From: Bacillota bacterium | GTDB lineage: Bacteria > Bacillota > Sulfobacillia > RBS10-35 > JAJYVN01 | DNA length: 48,758 nt | Assembly: GCA_021791995.1 (NCBI GenBank) | Contig: JAJYVN010000001.1 | Coordinates: 1-48,758 of the forward strand | Direction: 5' to 3' | In this document: in pieces, positions 28,797 through 38,790 of the stretch | Position numbering within the stretch: position 1 is the stretch's first letter | Layout: each line of letters begins with the position of its first letter | Notes under the pieces: model-generated | The model's input: the letters and a program-made list of their open reading frames with translations, nothing else | Told to the model about the DNA's origin: nothing | Databases searched by the model: none | Program-made: the position numbers and the translations under genes

Positions 28797-29637
28797 GCAG
28801 ATCCTTCTGTTCGGCGACGAGGGGCAACAGGTCCTTAGCAACATTCGGGTCGCGATCATCGGGCTAGGCGGGCTCGGGAGCCATGTTTCGCAGCAACTCG
28901 CATATCTAGGCATTCGCAAGTTCGGCCTTGTGGACGGCGACATGGTGGAGGAGACCAATCTTAACCGCTTGATCGGCGCTACCGCCGACGACGTCCCAGC
29001 AAGTCGGCCGAAGGTGGACGTCGCCGAACGTATGATCAAAGCGGTCGATCCGGAAGTCCAGGTAGAGCGGGTTGGTAAGTCGTTCATCTCGCTGGAGGGC
29101 CGCGCCCTGCTTAGCGAGGCCGATTTTGTCATCGGCTGTGTCGACAATGACGGCGCGCGCCTTGCGCTCACGGCTGTATGTGCGGCGCTTCACAAGCCCT
29201 ATATGGACGTGGCTACTGACATCGACCCGGATGACACGCCGATCAACTATGGAGGTCGTATCATCTTCGCTAAGGGCGCCTCCGGCTGCTGTCACTGTCT
29301 GGGCGCCCTCGACGATCGTGAAATAGAGCGTTGGATGGGGAGTGAGGACCAGCTCGCGGCAGACGACAGAATCTACGGGAGTGGTGCAGCGGGGCCTAGT
29401 CCCTCGGTTGTTTGTCTCAATGGCGTTCTGGCCTCGGCGGCCTGTCTGGAGTTCATGGTCGAGGTCACAGGCCTACGGGAAGCAAACCGTTGGCTTGAAT
29501 ACGACGGTCCGTCCGGGAAAATGCGAGTTGACTCCACCGTTCCCACAGGCTGGTGCCCGTACTGTGAGTCCTTTAAGTACGGCAGCACTGAGTATGTCGA
29601 CTGGATGCTATCCCGCCTGCCGCAAACTCATCGTTAG
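28780..29637 (+). CDS. ThiF/E1-like adenylyltransferase
   Basis: FSRQ, GLGGLG, DGD.VEETNLNR, GCVDN; Zn motifs CCHC and CPYC. Confidence 0.9.
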   Translation: MGRFSRQILLFGDEGQQVLSNIRVAIIGLGGLGSHVSQQLAYLGIRKFGLVDGDMVEETNLNRLIGATADDVPASRPKVDVAERMIKAVDPEVQVERVGKSFISLEGRALLSEADFVIGCVDNDGARLALTAVCAALHKPYMDVATDIDPDDTPINYGGRIIFAKGASGCCHCLGALDDREIERWMGSEDQLAADDRIYGSGAAGPSPSVVCLNGVLASAACLEFMVEVTGLREANRWLEYDGPSGKMRVDSTVPTGWCPYCESFKYGSTEYVDWMLSRLPQTHR

Positions 29638-29853
29638 CGGATGGTCCAAGCCGGGTTCGGCTTACTGTGCACTTGTCTTGGATGCAGTTGCTGCCGTACC
29701 CGCATTAGGCCGGCGTAGTAACTCCGGAGTGCCCCTGGCCTGGCCCGCGATTGCAGGTCGCCGACGTCGATCACCGGATGCGCCAATTTTACCGTGCGAC
29801 TGGTAGGAAGTGGGTCGCCCGTGCCGAACAGTGTCGGCACGGGGAGGTGCTCC

Positions 29854-30480
29854 GTGCACGGAGGCATCGTTCGCCAGATCGACGAGCTCGGCCGCATCGT
29901 GATACCAGCGGAGGTCCGTAGGGTCTTCGGCATCGAGGACGACACGCGGGTCGAGATGTTCCTGGACGGCGAGAAGATCGTCCTCAAGGTCCATCGGCCG
30001 GGGTGCGTGTTCTGCGGTGGCGTGGAGGACACGCGCGAGTACCGGGGTCGGCACATGTGCCGATCCTGCGCTTTTCATGTGTTCACGGAGTTTGAGGGGG
30101 CGCCGTCAGAGGTGGGTTGGCCCGCGACGGCCGGCGGTGACGCTGGGGCACCGGGCGTATGGTCCCCTCTCCCGGAGCAGGCAGCGAGGGAATGGGTCGC
30201 GAAGGAACTCCGCCTGCGGGGCTGGCAAGTTGACGAATCCGGGCGCGCTGGGCGTTCCGTGGACTTGGTGGCCTGGACCGCAACTCGGACTTGGTACCTT
30301 CAGGTCAGGGCCTTCCAGGGCGGCCAGCCCGAGTGGCCCACCGGCCACCAACTCGGATGGCTTAAGGGCGCTGCCAGACGGAAGGATGCGACTGCTGTGG
30401 TGGCGTTTGTGCGTGCGTTGGCGCCGACTTGGGCGGTGGAGTTCTGGTCAGCGCACGCCTTTCGAAAGCTGGAGACTTAG
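29854..30480 (+). CDS. AbrB-family regulator fused to a PD-(D/E)XK-like domain
   Basis: GGGGAGGTG RBS; GIVRQIDELGRIVIP.E.RR + CVFC...CRSC; then E...L..RGW.V...VDLVA...LQVR. Confidence 0.8.
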   Translation: MHGGIVRQIDELGRIVIPAEVRRVFGIEDDTRVEMFLDGEKIVLKVHRPGCVFCGGVEDTREYRGRHMCRSCAFHVFTEFEGAPSEVGWPATAGGDAGAPGVWSPLPEQAAREWVAKELRLRGWQVDESGRAGRSVDLVAWTATRTWYLQVRAFQGGQPEWPTGHQLGWLKGAARRKDATAVVAFVRALAPTWAVEFWSAHAFRKLET

Positions 30481-30573
30481 CTTCGCCCCGGGAATCTCCC
30501 TTGGGACCGGCCCAGACGGCGGAGCGGCGATCCGTATGTACGGAGTATGCTTGCTACAGAGGGAGATGAGCCC

Positions 30574-32199
30574 ATGCCGCTGTTGAACTTCAAAGGCAAG
30601 ACGTTCGTGCAGAGTCATCACTTGACGGTACCCTACCACACGCTGGTGCCAGTACCGGAGAGGAGTCTGACGGAACAGGTTCGCCTCGATGACAACCTAA
30701 TCATTCATGGTGATAACCTTGCGGCTCTAAAGGCGCTCTTGCCCGTGTACGCAGGCAAGGTGAAGTGCATCTATATTGACCCTCCGTACAATACTGGCAC
30801 TGAAAACTGGATCTATAATGATAACGTAAATTCTCCAATGATCCGAGATTGGCTTGGCAGGGTCGTGGACAGAGAAGATCTGACGCGCCATGATAAGTGG
30901 CTGTGCATGATGACCCCGCGTCTTCGACTATTGCGCGAATTGCTCCGAGACGATGGCGCCATCTTCGTCAGTTGCGATGACAACGAGCAGCATCACTTGA
31001 GGATGCTGATGGACGTAGTCTTCGGAGAAACGAATTTTGTCGCCAACTTGATATGGCAGAAGAAGTATGCATCGGCAAACGACCATAAGTCCATTGCGCC
31101 GATGCACGACTTCATCGTGGTGTATCAGAAGTCGGACCTGTTCCATCGCAACCTGCTTCCTAGAACCGAGGACAAGGATCGGCAGTACCGCTTTGAGGAC
31201 GAGCGCGGGGTATTCCGGCCCGACAACTACACATGCAACAAGACAGCAGACGAACGGCCTAACTTGTATTACCCTATTGTCAATCCGAACACCGGTGACG
31301 AGATTTGGCCAAAGCGGACGGCAGTGTGGCGTTACACGAGAGCTCGGCATGAGCAGAATGTTGCGAGTGGTCTGGTCTACTGGGGGAAGGACGGGCGCGG
31401 CAGTGTCCCAGCCTTTAAGCGGTACAAGGCGGGCTTGCGTGGCGGTGGCGGCATTGTCCCAAACACCTGGTGGACATTTGACGTTGCCGGACACACAGAT
31501 GAAGCCAAGAAGGAGATCCGCGGTATGGGTCTCGAAGCTGATGAACTTGACTTCATTACACCAAAACCGAGCCGCCTCATTCAGCGTATTCTCCAGATCG
31601 CAACCGACAAGGACTCTATAGTTCTTGACGCGTTCGCCGGGTCTGGAACAACGGCGCATGCCGTCTTGGCCGCCAACAGACAAGACGGAGGCAGTCGCCG
31701 ATTCATCCTGATCGAGATGGAGGACTACGCTGATTCCATCACGGCACAGCGCGTGCGCCGTGTTATAAAGGGTCTTCCCGGGGCGAAGGATCGGGCGATG
31801 AGCGAAGGGTTGGGGGGGAGCTTCTCCTACTTTGAGGTGGGTCCGGCGATTGAGCCAGAGGGCCTGCTAACGGGTGAAGCCCTCCCCCCCTTCAGAGAAC
31901 TGGCGCGCTATGTCTTTTACACAGCGACGGGTGAGGAGTTCCGGCCCGAGGTATTAGACGAAGCCCGCCGGTTCATTGGCTCGAGCGGTGAGTACGACGT
32001 GTACCTTCTATACGAGCCAGACATTGAGAAACTCAAGTCGCTGGCACTCAACCTCGAGTTCGCGGAGCGCCTCGGCAAGCCGGCCGATGGGAAGAGGCGG
32101 CTTGTGTTTGCGCCCGCCCGTTTCCTCACTGACCGGTACATGGAGCAGTATCGGATCGAGTACGCTCAACTGCCCCACGAGATGTACAAGACCCGTTGA
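30574..32199 (+). CDS. mod: Type III R-M methyltransferase (Mod)
   Basis: IIHGDNL, IYIDPPYNTG, TPKP, LDAFAGSGTT (beta-class order). Confidence 0.92.
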   Translation: MPLLNFKGKTFVQSHHLTVPYHTLVPVPERSLTEQVRLDDNLIIHGDNLAALKALLPVYAGKVKCIYIDPPYNTGTENWIYNDNVNSPMIRDWLGRVVDREDLTRHDKWLCMMTPRLRLLRELLRDDGAIFVSCDDNEQHHLRMLMDVVFGETNFVANLIWQKKYASANDHKSIAPMHDFIVVYQKSDLFHRNLLPRTEDKDRQYRFEDERGVFRPDNYTCNKTADERPNLYYPIVNPNTGDEIWPKRTAVWRYTRARHEQNVASGLVYWGKDGRGSVPAFKRYKAGLRGGGGIVPNTWWTFDVAGHTDEAKKEIRGMGLEADELDFITPKPSRLIQRILQIATDKDSIVLDAFAGSGTTAHAVLAANRQDGGSRRFILIEMEDYADSITAQRVRRVIKGLPGAKDRAMSEGLGGSFSYFEVGPAIEPEGLLTGEALPPFRELARYVFYTATGEEFRPEVLDEARRFIGSSGEYDVYLLYEPDIEKLKSLALNLEFAERLGKPADGKRRLVFAPARFLTDRYMEQYRIEYAQLPHEMYKTR

Positions 32200-32222
32200 T
32201 GTGAGGGGGCGCATCCGGGTTG

Positions 32223-34721
32223 ATGGAACTGAAGGAGTACCAACAGAGAGCTCTGGATAGCGTCGAATCGTACCTGCGCCAGCTGAGAACCTGGCGGGAA
32301 GAGTACGAAGGGGCGAATGAACGACTACGCTCGGCAATGGACTTTCCAAAGGCAGCATGGGAGGGCGTCTCGAGAGGGCCTTACGAGTCGAAGGTGACAG
32401 GGTCTGGGGAACCCTTGCCTAATTTCTGCCTTAAGGTACCAACGGGGGGCGGGAAGACCTATCTCGCAGTGCGTGCGCTCGACCGTGTCCAGACCATATA
32501 CAGGCAGCGGCATTCGGGGTTGGTGTTGTGGATTGTGCCGACGGACCAAATCTATCGTCAGACGTTAATCTCGCTCCAAGATCGGACGCACCCATATCGT
32601 CAATTTCTCGACATCGCCACCGGCGGGCGTGTGCAGGTCGTCGAAAAAACGGACCACTTTACGCCACAGGATGTCCGTGAGCGGCTGGTTATCCTGCTGC
32701 TAATGCTGCCGTCCGCGAATCGCCGAGACAAGGAGACCCTCAAGGTATTTCAAGACGCCGCCGGTTTTGAGGGGTTCTTTCCGGACGATGGGCACCGTGA
32801 AGAACACGAGGCCCTCATTCAACGCTGGCCGAACCTCGACTATTTCGGGGCAGAGGCGGACTGGACGGGCAGACAGGTCAAGAGTTCGCTTGGCAACGTG
32901 CTTCGGATTCTCTCGCCAGTCATTGTCCTAGACGAGGGGCAAAGGGCCTACAGCGAAGGTGCGCAGACAACGATTCGCGGGTTTAACCCGTGCCTGGTGC
33001 TGGAGTTGTCCGCGACCCCACCGAAGGGAAGCAACATTCTGGTCAACGTCCGCGGGCGGGAACTGGATCAGGAGCAAATGATCAAGTTGGAACTGCATGT
33101 CGCGAACCGGGCAAGCACTGACTGGCGGGACACTCTTGCCGATAGCTTGTCTTGGCGAAACCTGTTGGAAGAAGAGGCTAGAAAGTACGGATCCGCCACA
33201 GGTACGTACATCCGTCCGATCTGTCTGATTCAGGTCGAGCGGACGGGAAGGGATCAAATCGAGGCCGATCACATTCATGCGGAACATGTCAAGGACGAAC
33301 TTATCAGGTCGCACGGAGTCCCTGAGAGTCATGTGGCTATCAAATCCAGTGAGAAGGACGACATCGAAGGCACTGACCTACTTTCACCTGACTGCGAAGT
33401 TCGATACATCATCACGAAGCAAGCTCTGCAGGAGGGCTGGGATTGCCCTTTCGCCTATGTGCTTACAGTCCTGGCCAACCCTTCGTCCAGGACGGCCCTT
33501 ACCCAGTTGGTCGGCCGCATCCTCCGGCAACCCTACGCCAGGAAGACCGGCGTTGAAAGCCTGGATGAGAGTTATGTGTTCTGCTTCCGGCGCGAAGCGA
33601 CAGAGTTGTCTAGGGATATCAAGCAGGGGCTTGAGGGTGAAGGTCTGGGGGACTTGGCGCAAAGCGTCGTGGTCTCCGATAAGGGCCCCCAGGATGACAC
33701 GCGCGAGCGCCGGACGGTAGGGATGCGCGACAGGTTCAAGCGGTTTGAGGGAAAGCTGTATCTTCCGAAATTCCTAATTCAAGAGGGAGCACGTGAAGAC
33801 GAGGTTAGTTACGAGATGGACCTGCTCCCGCGAGTGCGGTGGGAAGGCCTCTCTCTCGAACGTATCGCGACGCTCACTCTTTCAGAGAAGCATGTAACTG
33901 AATGGGAGCAGTCGTTCGGTTACGGCGACGACGGCGATACAGTTACCAGCCAGGACTCGGTTGTTGAGACTAATGCGGAGTTGAACGTGCTATTCCTGAG
34001 TCGGCGGATTGAGTCTCTGGTGTCCAATCCGTGGATTGCGAGAGCCATCGTCGATGAGGCACTCCGGACCCTACGGCGTCGCTACGCTGACGACCTCATT
34101 GCCGCCAATCAAGTTCTGATCGCCGATGAATTGGAAAAGACCGTTGCCTCAGAGCGGGACAGGCTTTGTGAGGGAGTGTTTCGCGAGCTCGTCGAGATGG
34201 GTGTCCTTCGCCTTGTTCTCATGAGCACCAAGGCGTACCGCGTGCCGGACAGTATCGAGATTCCCAAAGCGGTCCAGCCTTTGTACCACACTGATGGCAA
34301 ACAGATTCAGCTCAGCCTATACGAGGATCCGGTGCCTAAAGAGTGGTTTAACGAGACGTTGGAAGCGCCCGTCGCCCTTTGCCTGGATCGGCAGGAGAAG
34401 CTGCTCTTCTGGTTCCGCAACCTGTCCAGCCGGGATTACTTCTATGTGCAGGGATGGCGTAAGAACCGCATCTGGGCGGACTACGTTGCGGCCAAGCGTG
34501 CTGAAACCGACGAGCAGAACTATGACACCATTTACGTGCTCGAGACAAAGGGCGACCAGCTGGCCGGCAACGACGATACGCAGTACAAGACGAGTGTCTT
34601 CGACCTGTGTAACAAGCTCTCGTGGAACGCGGTCTGCGAGGAGTTCCCTGGCAAGAAGGTTCGGTTCCAGGTGATTAAGCAGAGCGAGTGGGAGCGGATG
34701 CTCAACGAACTACTGCGATGA
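32223..34721 (+). CDS. res: Type III R-M restriction subunit (Res)
   Basis: LKEYQ, VPTGGGKT, VLDEGQ, SATP, EGWD, QLVGR.LR; C-terminal AD...ETKG nuclease motif. Confidence 0.88.
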   Translation: MELKEYQQRALDSVESYLRQLRTWREEYEGANERLRSAMDFPKAAWEGVSRGPYESKVTGSGEPLPNFCLKVPTGGGKTYLAVRALDRVQTIYRQRHSGLVLWIVPTDQIYRQTLISLQDRTHPYRQFLDIATGGRVQVVEKTDHFTPQDVRERLVILLLMLPSANRRDKETLKVFQDAAGFEGFFPDDGHREEHEALIQRWPNLDYFGAEADWTGRQVKSSLGNVLRILSPVIVLDEGQRAYSEGAQTTIRGFNPCLVLELSATPPKGSNILVNVRGRELDQEQMIKLELHVANRASTDWRDTLADSLSWRNLLEEEARKYGSATGTYIRPICLIQVERTGRDQIEADHIHAEHVKDELIRSHGVPESHVAIKSSEKDDIEGTDLLSPDCEVRYIITKQALQEGWDCPFAYVLTVLANPSSRTALTQLVGRILRQPYARKTGVESLDESYVFCFRREATELSRDIKQGLEGEGLGDLAQSVVVSDKGPQDDTRERRTVGMRDRFKRFEGKLYLPKFLIQEGAREDEVSYEMDLLPRVRWEGLSLERIATLTLSEKHVTEWEQSFGYGDDGDTVTSQDSVVETNAELNVLFLSRRIESLVSNPWIARAIVDEALRTLRRRYADDLIAANQVLIADELEKTVASERDRLCEGVFRELVEMGVLRLVLMSTKAYRVPDSIEIPKAVQPLYHTDGKQIQLSLYEDPVPKEWFNETLEAPVALCLDRQEKLLFWFRNLSSRDYFYVQGWRKNRIWADYVAAKRAETDEQNYDTIYVLETKGDQLAGNDDTQYKTSVFDLCNKLSWNAVCEEFPGKKVRFQVIKQSEWERMLNELLR

Positions 34722-34967
34722 TCTGGGCACCGCTGGAGCGGTGGCCGTCCGGCATGTGGTCGGGCTTGTGCCAGTTTCTGGGGCGATTTTGTCTTGGGGG
34801 GTCTAGCGACTCAATGTGGGGTCGTCGGTGGCTTAGAGGCCCGTCATCGGTCGCCGTGGGGCCGTCGTAGGGACGATCCAAGTGTCAACGGTCGCCTCTG
34901 TGGGGTTGAGGGCGGGTAGCCAGGTAAGCTGAGCTCATTTCAGCGACCCAAGAGGAGGCATAGTGCA

Positions 34968-37535
34968 GTGCCGTTCGTAGGTAGGGAAATTCGCCCGGCG
35001 CCACCAGAATCGCCGGAGGTACTCTTCCGCGAACTGCCGCGGACGGGCCGGGGTGTGTCCGAACTGTGGATACACCAGGGTGACGTCCTGCGGGCCTATA
35101 GGGAGCGCCATGTGGACACACCGGACGTAGCAATCGAGCTTCCGACGGGCACGGGCAAGACGCTCCCGGGGCTTCTGATCGCCGATTGGTGTCGACGATT
35201 CCATGGTGAGCGGGCCGCGTACGCGGCTCCGACTCGTCAGTTGGCCCGCCAAGTCGTCCAGGCCGCAGAGCGCGAGGGAATCCCGGCGGTCTTGCTAGTG
35301 GGGGGCCATGGGTCGTGGGCAACCGCCGACGTGACGCGTTACGACGGGGCTCTGGCAGTGGCGGTGACTACGTACAGCACGGTCTTCAACAGCAATCCGC
35401 ACCTGGTTGAGCCTCGCCTCCTGCTCTTCGACGACGCCCACGCGGGGGAACAGTACGTCAGTGAGGCGTACGCCGTGCCCATCAGCATGGAGAGGGACCC
35501 CGACATCTATAACGCCCTCCTCACCGTTTTGAGCCCTGAGCTTCCCCGGATGTTTTTGAAGCGGCTCGGCGATCCAACGGGGGACCCGGGAGTTCGACAG
35601 GAGACGAAGCTCGTGGTGCCGCTTCGTGATCCTAGCTTGATCACAGCGATCGACGACGTCCTCTTCGTGCCGACTGCTTCAGAGGAGTTGAGGTTCCGTT
35701 ACGCTATGGTGCGCGGTCACTTGCCGGCGTGTCTCGTGTATGTAGCCTGGCATCAGGTGCTCATCCGGCCCTTTGTCCCGCCGACGTTCGAGAACAGGAT
35801 CTTCGCGCAAGCGAGGCAGCGGATTTACCTGTCGGCCACCCTCGGGGAGGGCGGGGAGCTTGAGCGCGCCTTCGGCCGTACGCCGATTGTCCGGTTACCC
35901 CTTCTCGGGACATCGGGCGCGCCGCGCTCTGGACGGCGGTTCTTCATCTTCCCGGACCTAGCCGAAGGTGCGGACCCCGATGACTTGACGCGCGAGGTCG
36001 TGAGCCAGGCAGGTAAGGCGCTCGTCCTCACGCCCGATAACGTAAGCGCACGGACTTACGCCGAGAACCTGGTACCTGCCGGGTGGCCGATCCTAGGTCG
36101 CGATGATGTGAGCGAGTCGCTTGAGCCATTGGCCCGGGCTGAACACGCGGTTTGTGGTCTGGCGAACCGATATGACGGCCTCGACTTGCCAGACCAGGCG
36201 TGCCGGCTAGTGATCCTTGCCGATCTCCCCTCCGCCCAGAACCTTCAGGAGCGTTTCTTGGCGACACGGGTCGGGGCCCAGGCCGCTCTCGCTGAGCGCG
36301 TACGCACTCGTGTGATTCAAGGCGGCGGGCGCTGTGCCCGCGGCCCACAGGATTGGTCGCTTGTGGCGGTGCTTGGGGCTGAAATCGCGAGCTACCTTTC
36401 TAGGCCGGAGGTTCGGCAGGCTATGGATCCGGAGCTTCAAGCGGAGATCGAGTTCGGTCTGGGGAACGCCCGTGGGAAGAGCGCCGAGGTGCTGGAGAAT
36501 GTTGGCATATTCCTCGAGCACGGCGATGCCTGGCGTGATGGGGCAGAGCCACGCCTTGCTGAATTCCGGGCAGGCGTGATACGGCAGCGGCCGGACGGGA
36601 CAGATGAGCTTGCATCGTCCGTGCAATCTGAGATCGAGGCGTGCATGCTTGCTTGGCATGGGCGGTTCGAGGCGGCCAGTACATCGGCCCAGGGGGTCGC
36701 AAGGGTTCTCGGGCGCTCCGAGGCTACGAGGCCGTACCGTGCTTTTTGGCTATATCTGTCCGCGCTTTGGCTGTATGAAGCGGGCCGGACCAAACCTGTA
36801 CTTCAGGCAGCGGCCCGTGACCTGCTACGCCAGGCATCAGAGGCGGCCCGCCCCGCCACATGGATCCGAGACATGGCACCTTTGCCCGATGACGTGCCGC
36901 AAGAGATAGAGCCGGAGGATCGTGCCGCAGTCGAGCAGATTTGCGCGCGCCTGGAGAAAGGCGTCAACCGGGGCACCCATGACGGCATAGTGGGTGGCAT
37001 GCTGGCGGGGCTTGCCGCCGCCGACCCTTCTAGGTACGAGCCGGCTCTCACCGAACTCGGTCGTCTTCTCGGGGCTGACGCATTCAAGCCACCCGGAGAG
37101 GGCGGCTGTGACTCCGCATGGTGTTGGGGGAACCATCTGTGGATTGCCCTGGAGGCCAAGAGTGACCAAAACCCTGACGGCCCCGTCTCCCTGGACAACG
37201 TACGGCAGGCGAACACAGCGCTGCCTCTCCTTGCCGGACACCGCAGTCTGGAGGTGCCGCCGTTTGGTAGCATTACGGTCGTTATCTCGCCCCGTGGCAC
37301 TGTGGCGCCCACTGCCGTTATTGCTGCAGAGCCGCAGCTGCACCTCGCCACGCCCGAACTGATTGCGCAACTCGGAGCCGATGCTACAGAAGCATGGCAG
37401 AAGCTCCTAACTCAGACTCCGGGTCTCACGGCCAGAGACCTCAGGGAGGTCACGATGGGGGTGCTGAGTGCGCACTCGGCGCTTCCGTCGCAGGTGCGCG
37501 ACCGGCTGACGCCGCACCCGATTCGTGGCCTATAG
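34968..37535 (+). CDS. SF2 (DinG-like) helicase with C-terminal PD-(D/E)XK-like nuclease, possibly Hna-like
   Basis: LPTGTGKT, DDAH, SAT, YDGLDLP, QGGGRC.RG; C-terminal CD.AW...LEAKS. Confidence 0.8.
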   Translation: MPFVGREIRPAPPESPEVLFRELPRTGRGVSELWIHQGDVLRAYRERHVDTPDVAIELPTGTGKTLPGLLIADWCRRFHGERAAYAAPTRQLARQVVQAAEREGIPAVLLVGGHGSWATADVTRYDGALAVAVTTYSTVFNSNPHLVEPRLLLFDDAHAGEQYVSEAYAVPISMERDPDIYNALLTVLSPELPRMFLKRLGDPTGDPGVRQETKLVVPLRDPSLITAIDDVLFVPTASEELRFRYAMVRGHLPACLVYVAWHQVLIRPFVPPTFENRIFAQARQRIYLSATLGEGGELERAFGRTPIVRLPLLGTSGAPRSGRRFFIFPDLAEGADPDDLTREVVSQAGKALVLTPDNVSARTYAENLVPAGWPILGRDDVSESLEPLARAEHAVCGLANRYDGLDLPDQACRLVILADLPSAQNLQERFLATRVGAQAALAERVRTRVIQGGGRCARGPQDWSLVAVLGAEIASYLSRPEVRQAMDPELQAEIEFGLGNARGKSAEVLENVGIFLEHGDAWRDGAEPRLAEFRAGVIRQRPDGTDELASSVQSEIEACMLAWHGRFEAASTSAQGVARVLGRSEATRPYRAFWLYLSALWLYEAGRTKPVLQAAARDLLRQASEAARPATWIRDMAPLPDDVPQEIEPEDRAAVEQICARLEKGVNRGTHDGIVGGMLAGLAAADPSRYEPALTELGRLLGADAFKPPGEGGCDSAWCWGNHLWIALEAKSDQNPDGPVSLDNVRQANTALPLLAGHRSLEVPPFGSITVVISPRGTVAPTAVIAAEPQLHLATPELIAQLGADATEAWQKLLTQTPGLTARDLREVTMGVLSAHSALPSQVRDRLTPHPIRGL

Positions 37536-37720
37536 AGGCATTCGGACGAATTCCCCGCCGAAAGAACGCCACGGAGGTCTGTGGTAAGGACGGATCTTCG
37601 TAGAGTGCGCAACGGTGCCAACCTGACATTTTTGGCTCACGGAGGTAACTCACCTGGTCGGTCCTGGCGAATACATTAGGTGACGCACTGGAGGGGGTAC
37701 CGATTACGCAAACACATCCA

Positions 37721-38755
37721 GTGCCAGCATATCCGCCTGCCGATCTGGTGAGCATTGTCCTGACAGGGGCCTCGATCGCAGCCACGCTGTTCGGCCTCGG
37801 GTTTGCAGTAGTGACATATTTCAATTGGTCCAATATTCGGGGCCGAGTACGAAGAGAGATTGGGCGAGTAAATGATATCGAGTCGGCAAAGATCAGCCGG
37901 CGGATGGATGACCTTGTTCGAGGTTATGGCCGTTACCTCATGGCTGTCCAAAACCTGAGCGATGCGGATGACTTCGAACGGGAAGCTCAAGTTGTTCAAG
38001 ATGAAATTAAGGAACTGTGGAACTTCTACGTATACTCCTGCGAGAAGCGCGTTTGGCCTATTGTAAAACGGCTCGGGAATGCGTGGTCCTGGTGGCAACC
38101 GAACCTGCTAACCGATGAGGACAGTGCGAACATTCTCAAGGCGCTACGGTCACTAAGCATGGCGGAAGCCAATCTTGGGTGGCACGATCCGTCAGCCATT
38201 TCGATGTGGCGTGGTATCTGCTACGCAATCTTGCGCGAACCAACGGCCGCTGTTGAGCGGTTTGAGTCCATCGCCGACCCGAGAATCCTACATCGTTTCA
38301 GGGGCTATCTTGACGTCATGTGGGGTTCGTGTCCGCAACCAGGAGAAGTGTATTTCGAAAGGCTGGCTCGTGCATTTGGATTGCAACCGCCCCTGAGAAG
38401 TTCGGAGAGAGATACCCTGGCGAGGCTGCAGCATATGCAGTACCAAGTTGGGGTTGCGCAGTTCTCGCAAGGAAGCTGGTGGTTGGGGGCCGACCGTGAG
38501 ACGGGGCGCCCGAGTTGGGTCGGCCTCGTCCCTCGAAGTGCGCAAGGTGAACCGGGCTGGCGGGTGGATTACCAGCAGCACTATCCGGAAGGCGGGGGCG
38601 GGGGACAGAGCCACACGGTTCCCTCCATCGAGGCCGGGGTAGAATTCATGCTTGACCGTTTTGTCGGGCTGGTGAGTGCCCCCTCGGAACTTCGGCAACG
38701 ATGGAATCGTGATATGGAGCCCGAAACTTACGAGTTTCCCGATTCAGTTGAGTAG
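37721..38755 (+). CDS. Hypothetical protein with N-terminal TM helix
   Basis: 344-aa ORF, visibly lower GC than the backbone; one TM, then a predicted helical region. Confidence 0.65.
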   Translation: MPAYPPADLVSIVLTGASIAATLFGLGFAVVTYFNWSNIRGRVRREIGRVNDIESAKISRRMDDLVRGYGRYLMAVQNLSDADDFEREAQVVQDEIKELWNFYVYSCEKRVWPIVKRLGNAWSWWQPNLLTDEDSANILKALRSLSMAEANLGWHDPSAISMWRGICYAILREPTAAVERFESIADPRILHRFRGYLDVMWGSCPQPGEVYFERLARAFGLQPPLRSSERDTLARLQHMQYQVGVAQFSQGSWWLGADRETGRPSWVGLVPRSAQGEPGWRVDYQQHYPEGGGGGQSHTVPSIEAGVEFMLDRFVGLVSAPSELRQRWNRDMEPETYEFPDSVE

Positions 38756-38758
38756 AAC

Positions 38759-38790
38759 GCCCGGCCAGGCGGCCGGGCTTGTGCCATTTT
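38759..38790 (+). terminator. Hairpin terminator
   Basis: GCCCGGCC/GGCCGGGC stem, TTGTGCCATTTT tail. Confidence 0.5.

Noticed and set aside
27657..29637. Thiamine/molybdopterin/cysteine sulfur-transfer operon or CBASS
   Set aside because: An E2 is present, biosynthetic genes are absent, and there is no CD-NTase or effector
30574..32199. Phase-variable mod gene
   Set aside because: No simple-sequence repeat tract seen in or before the ORF
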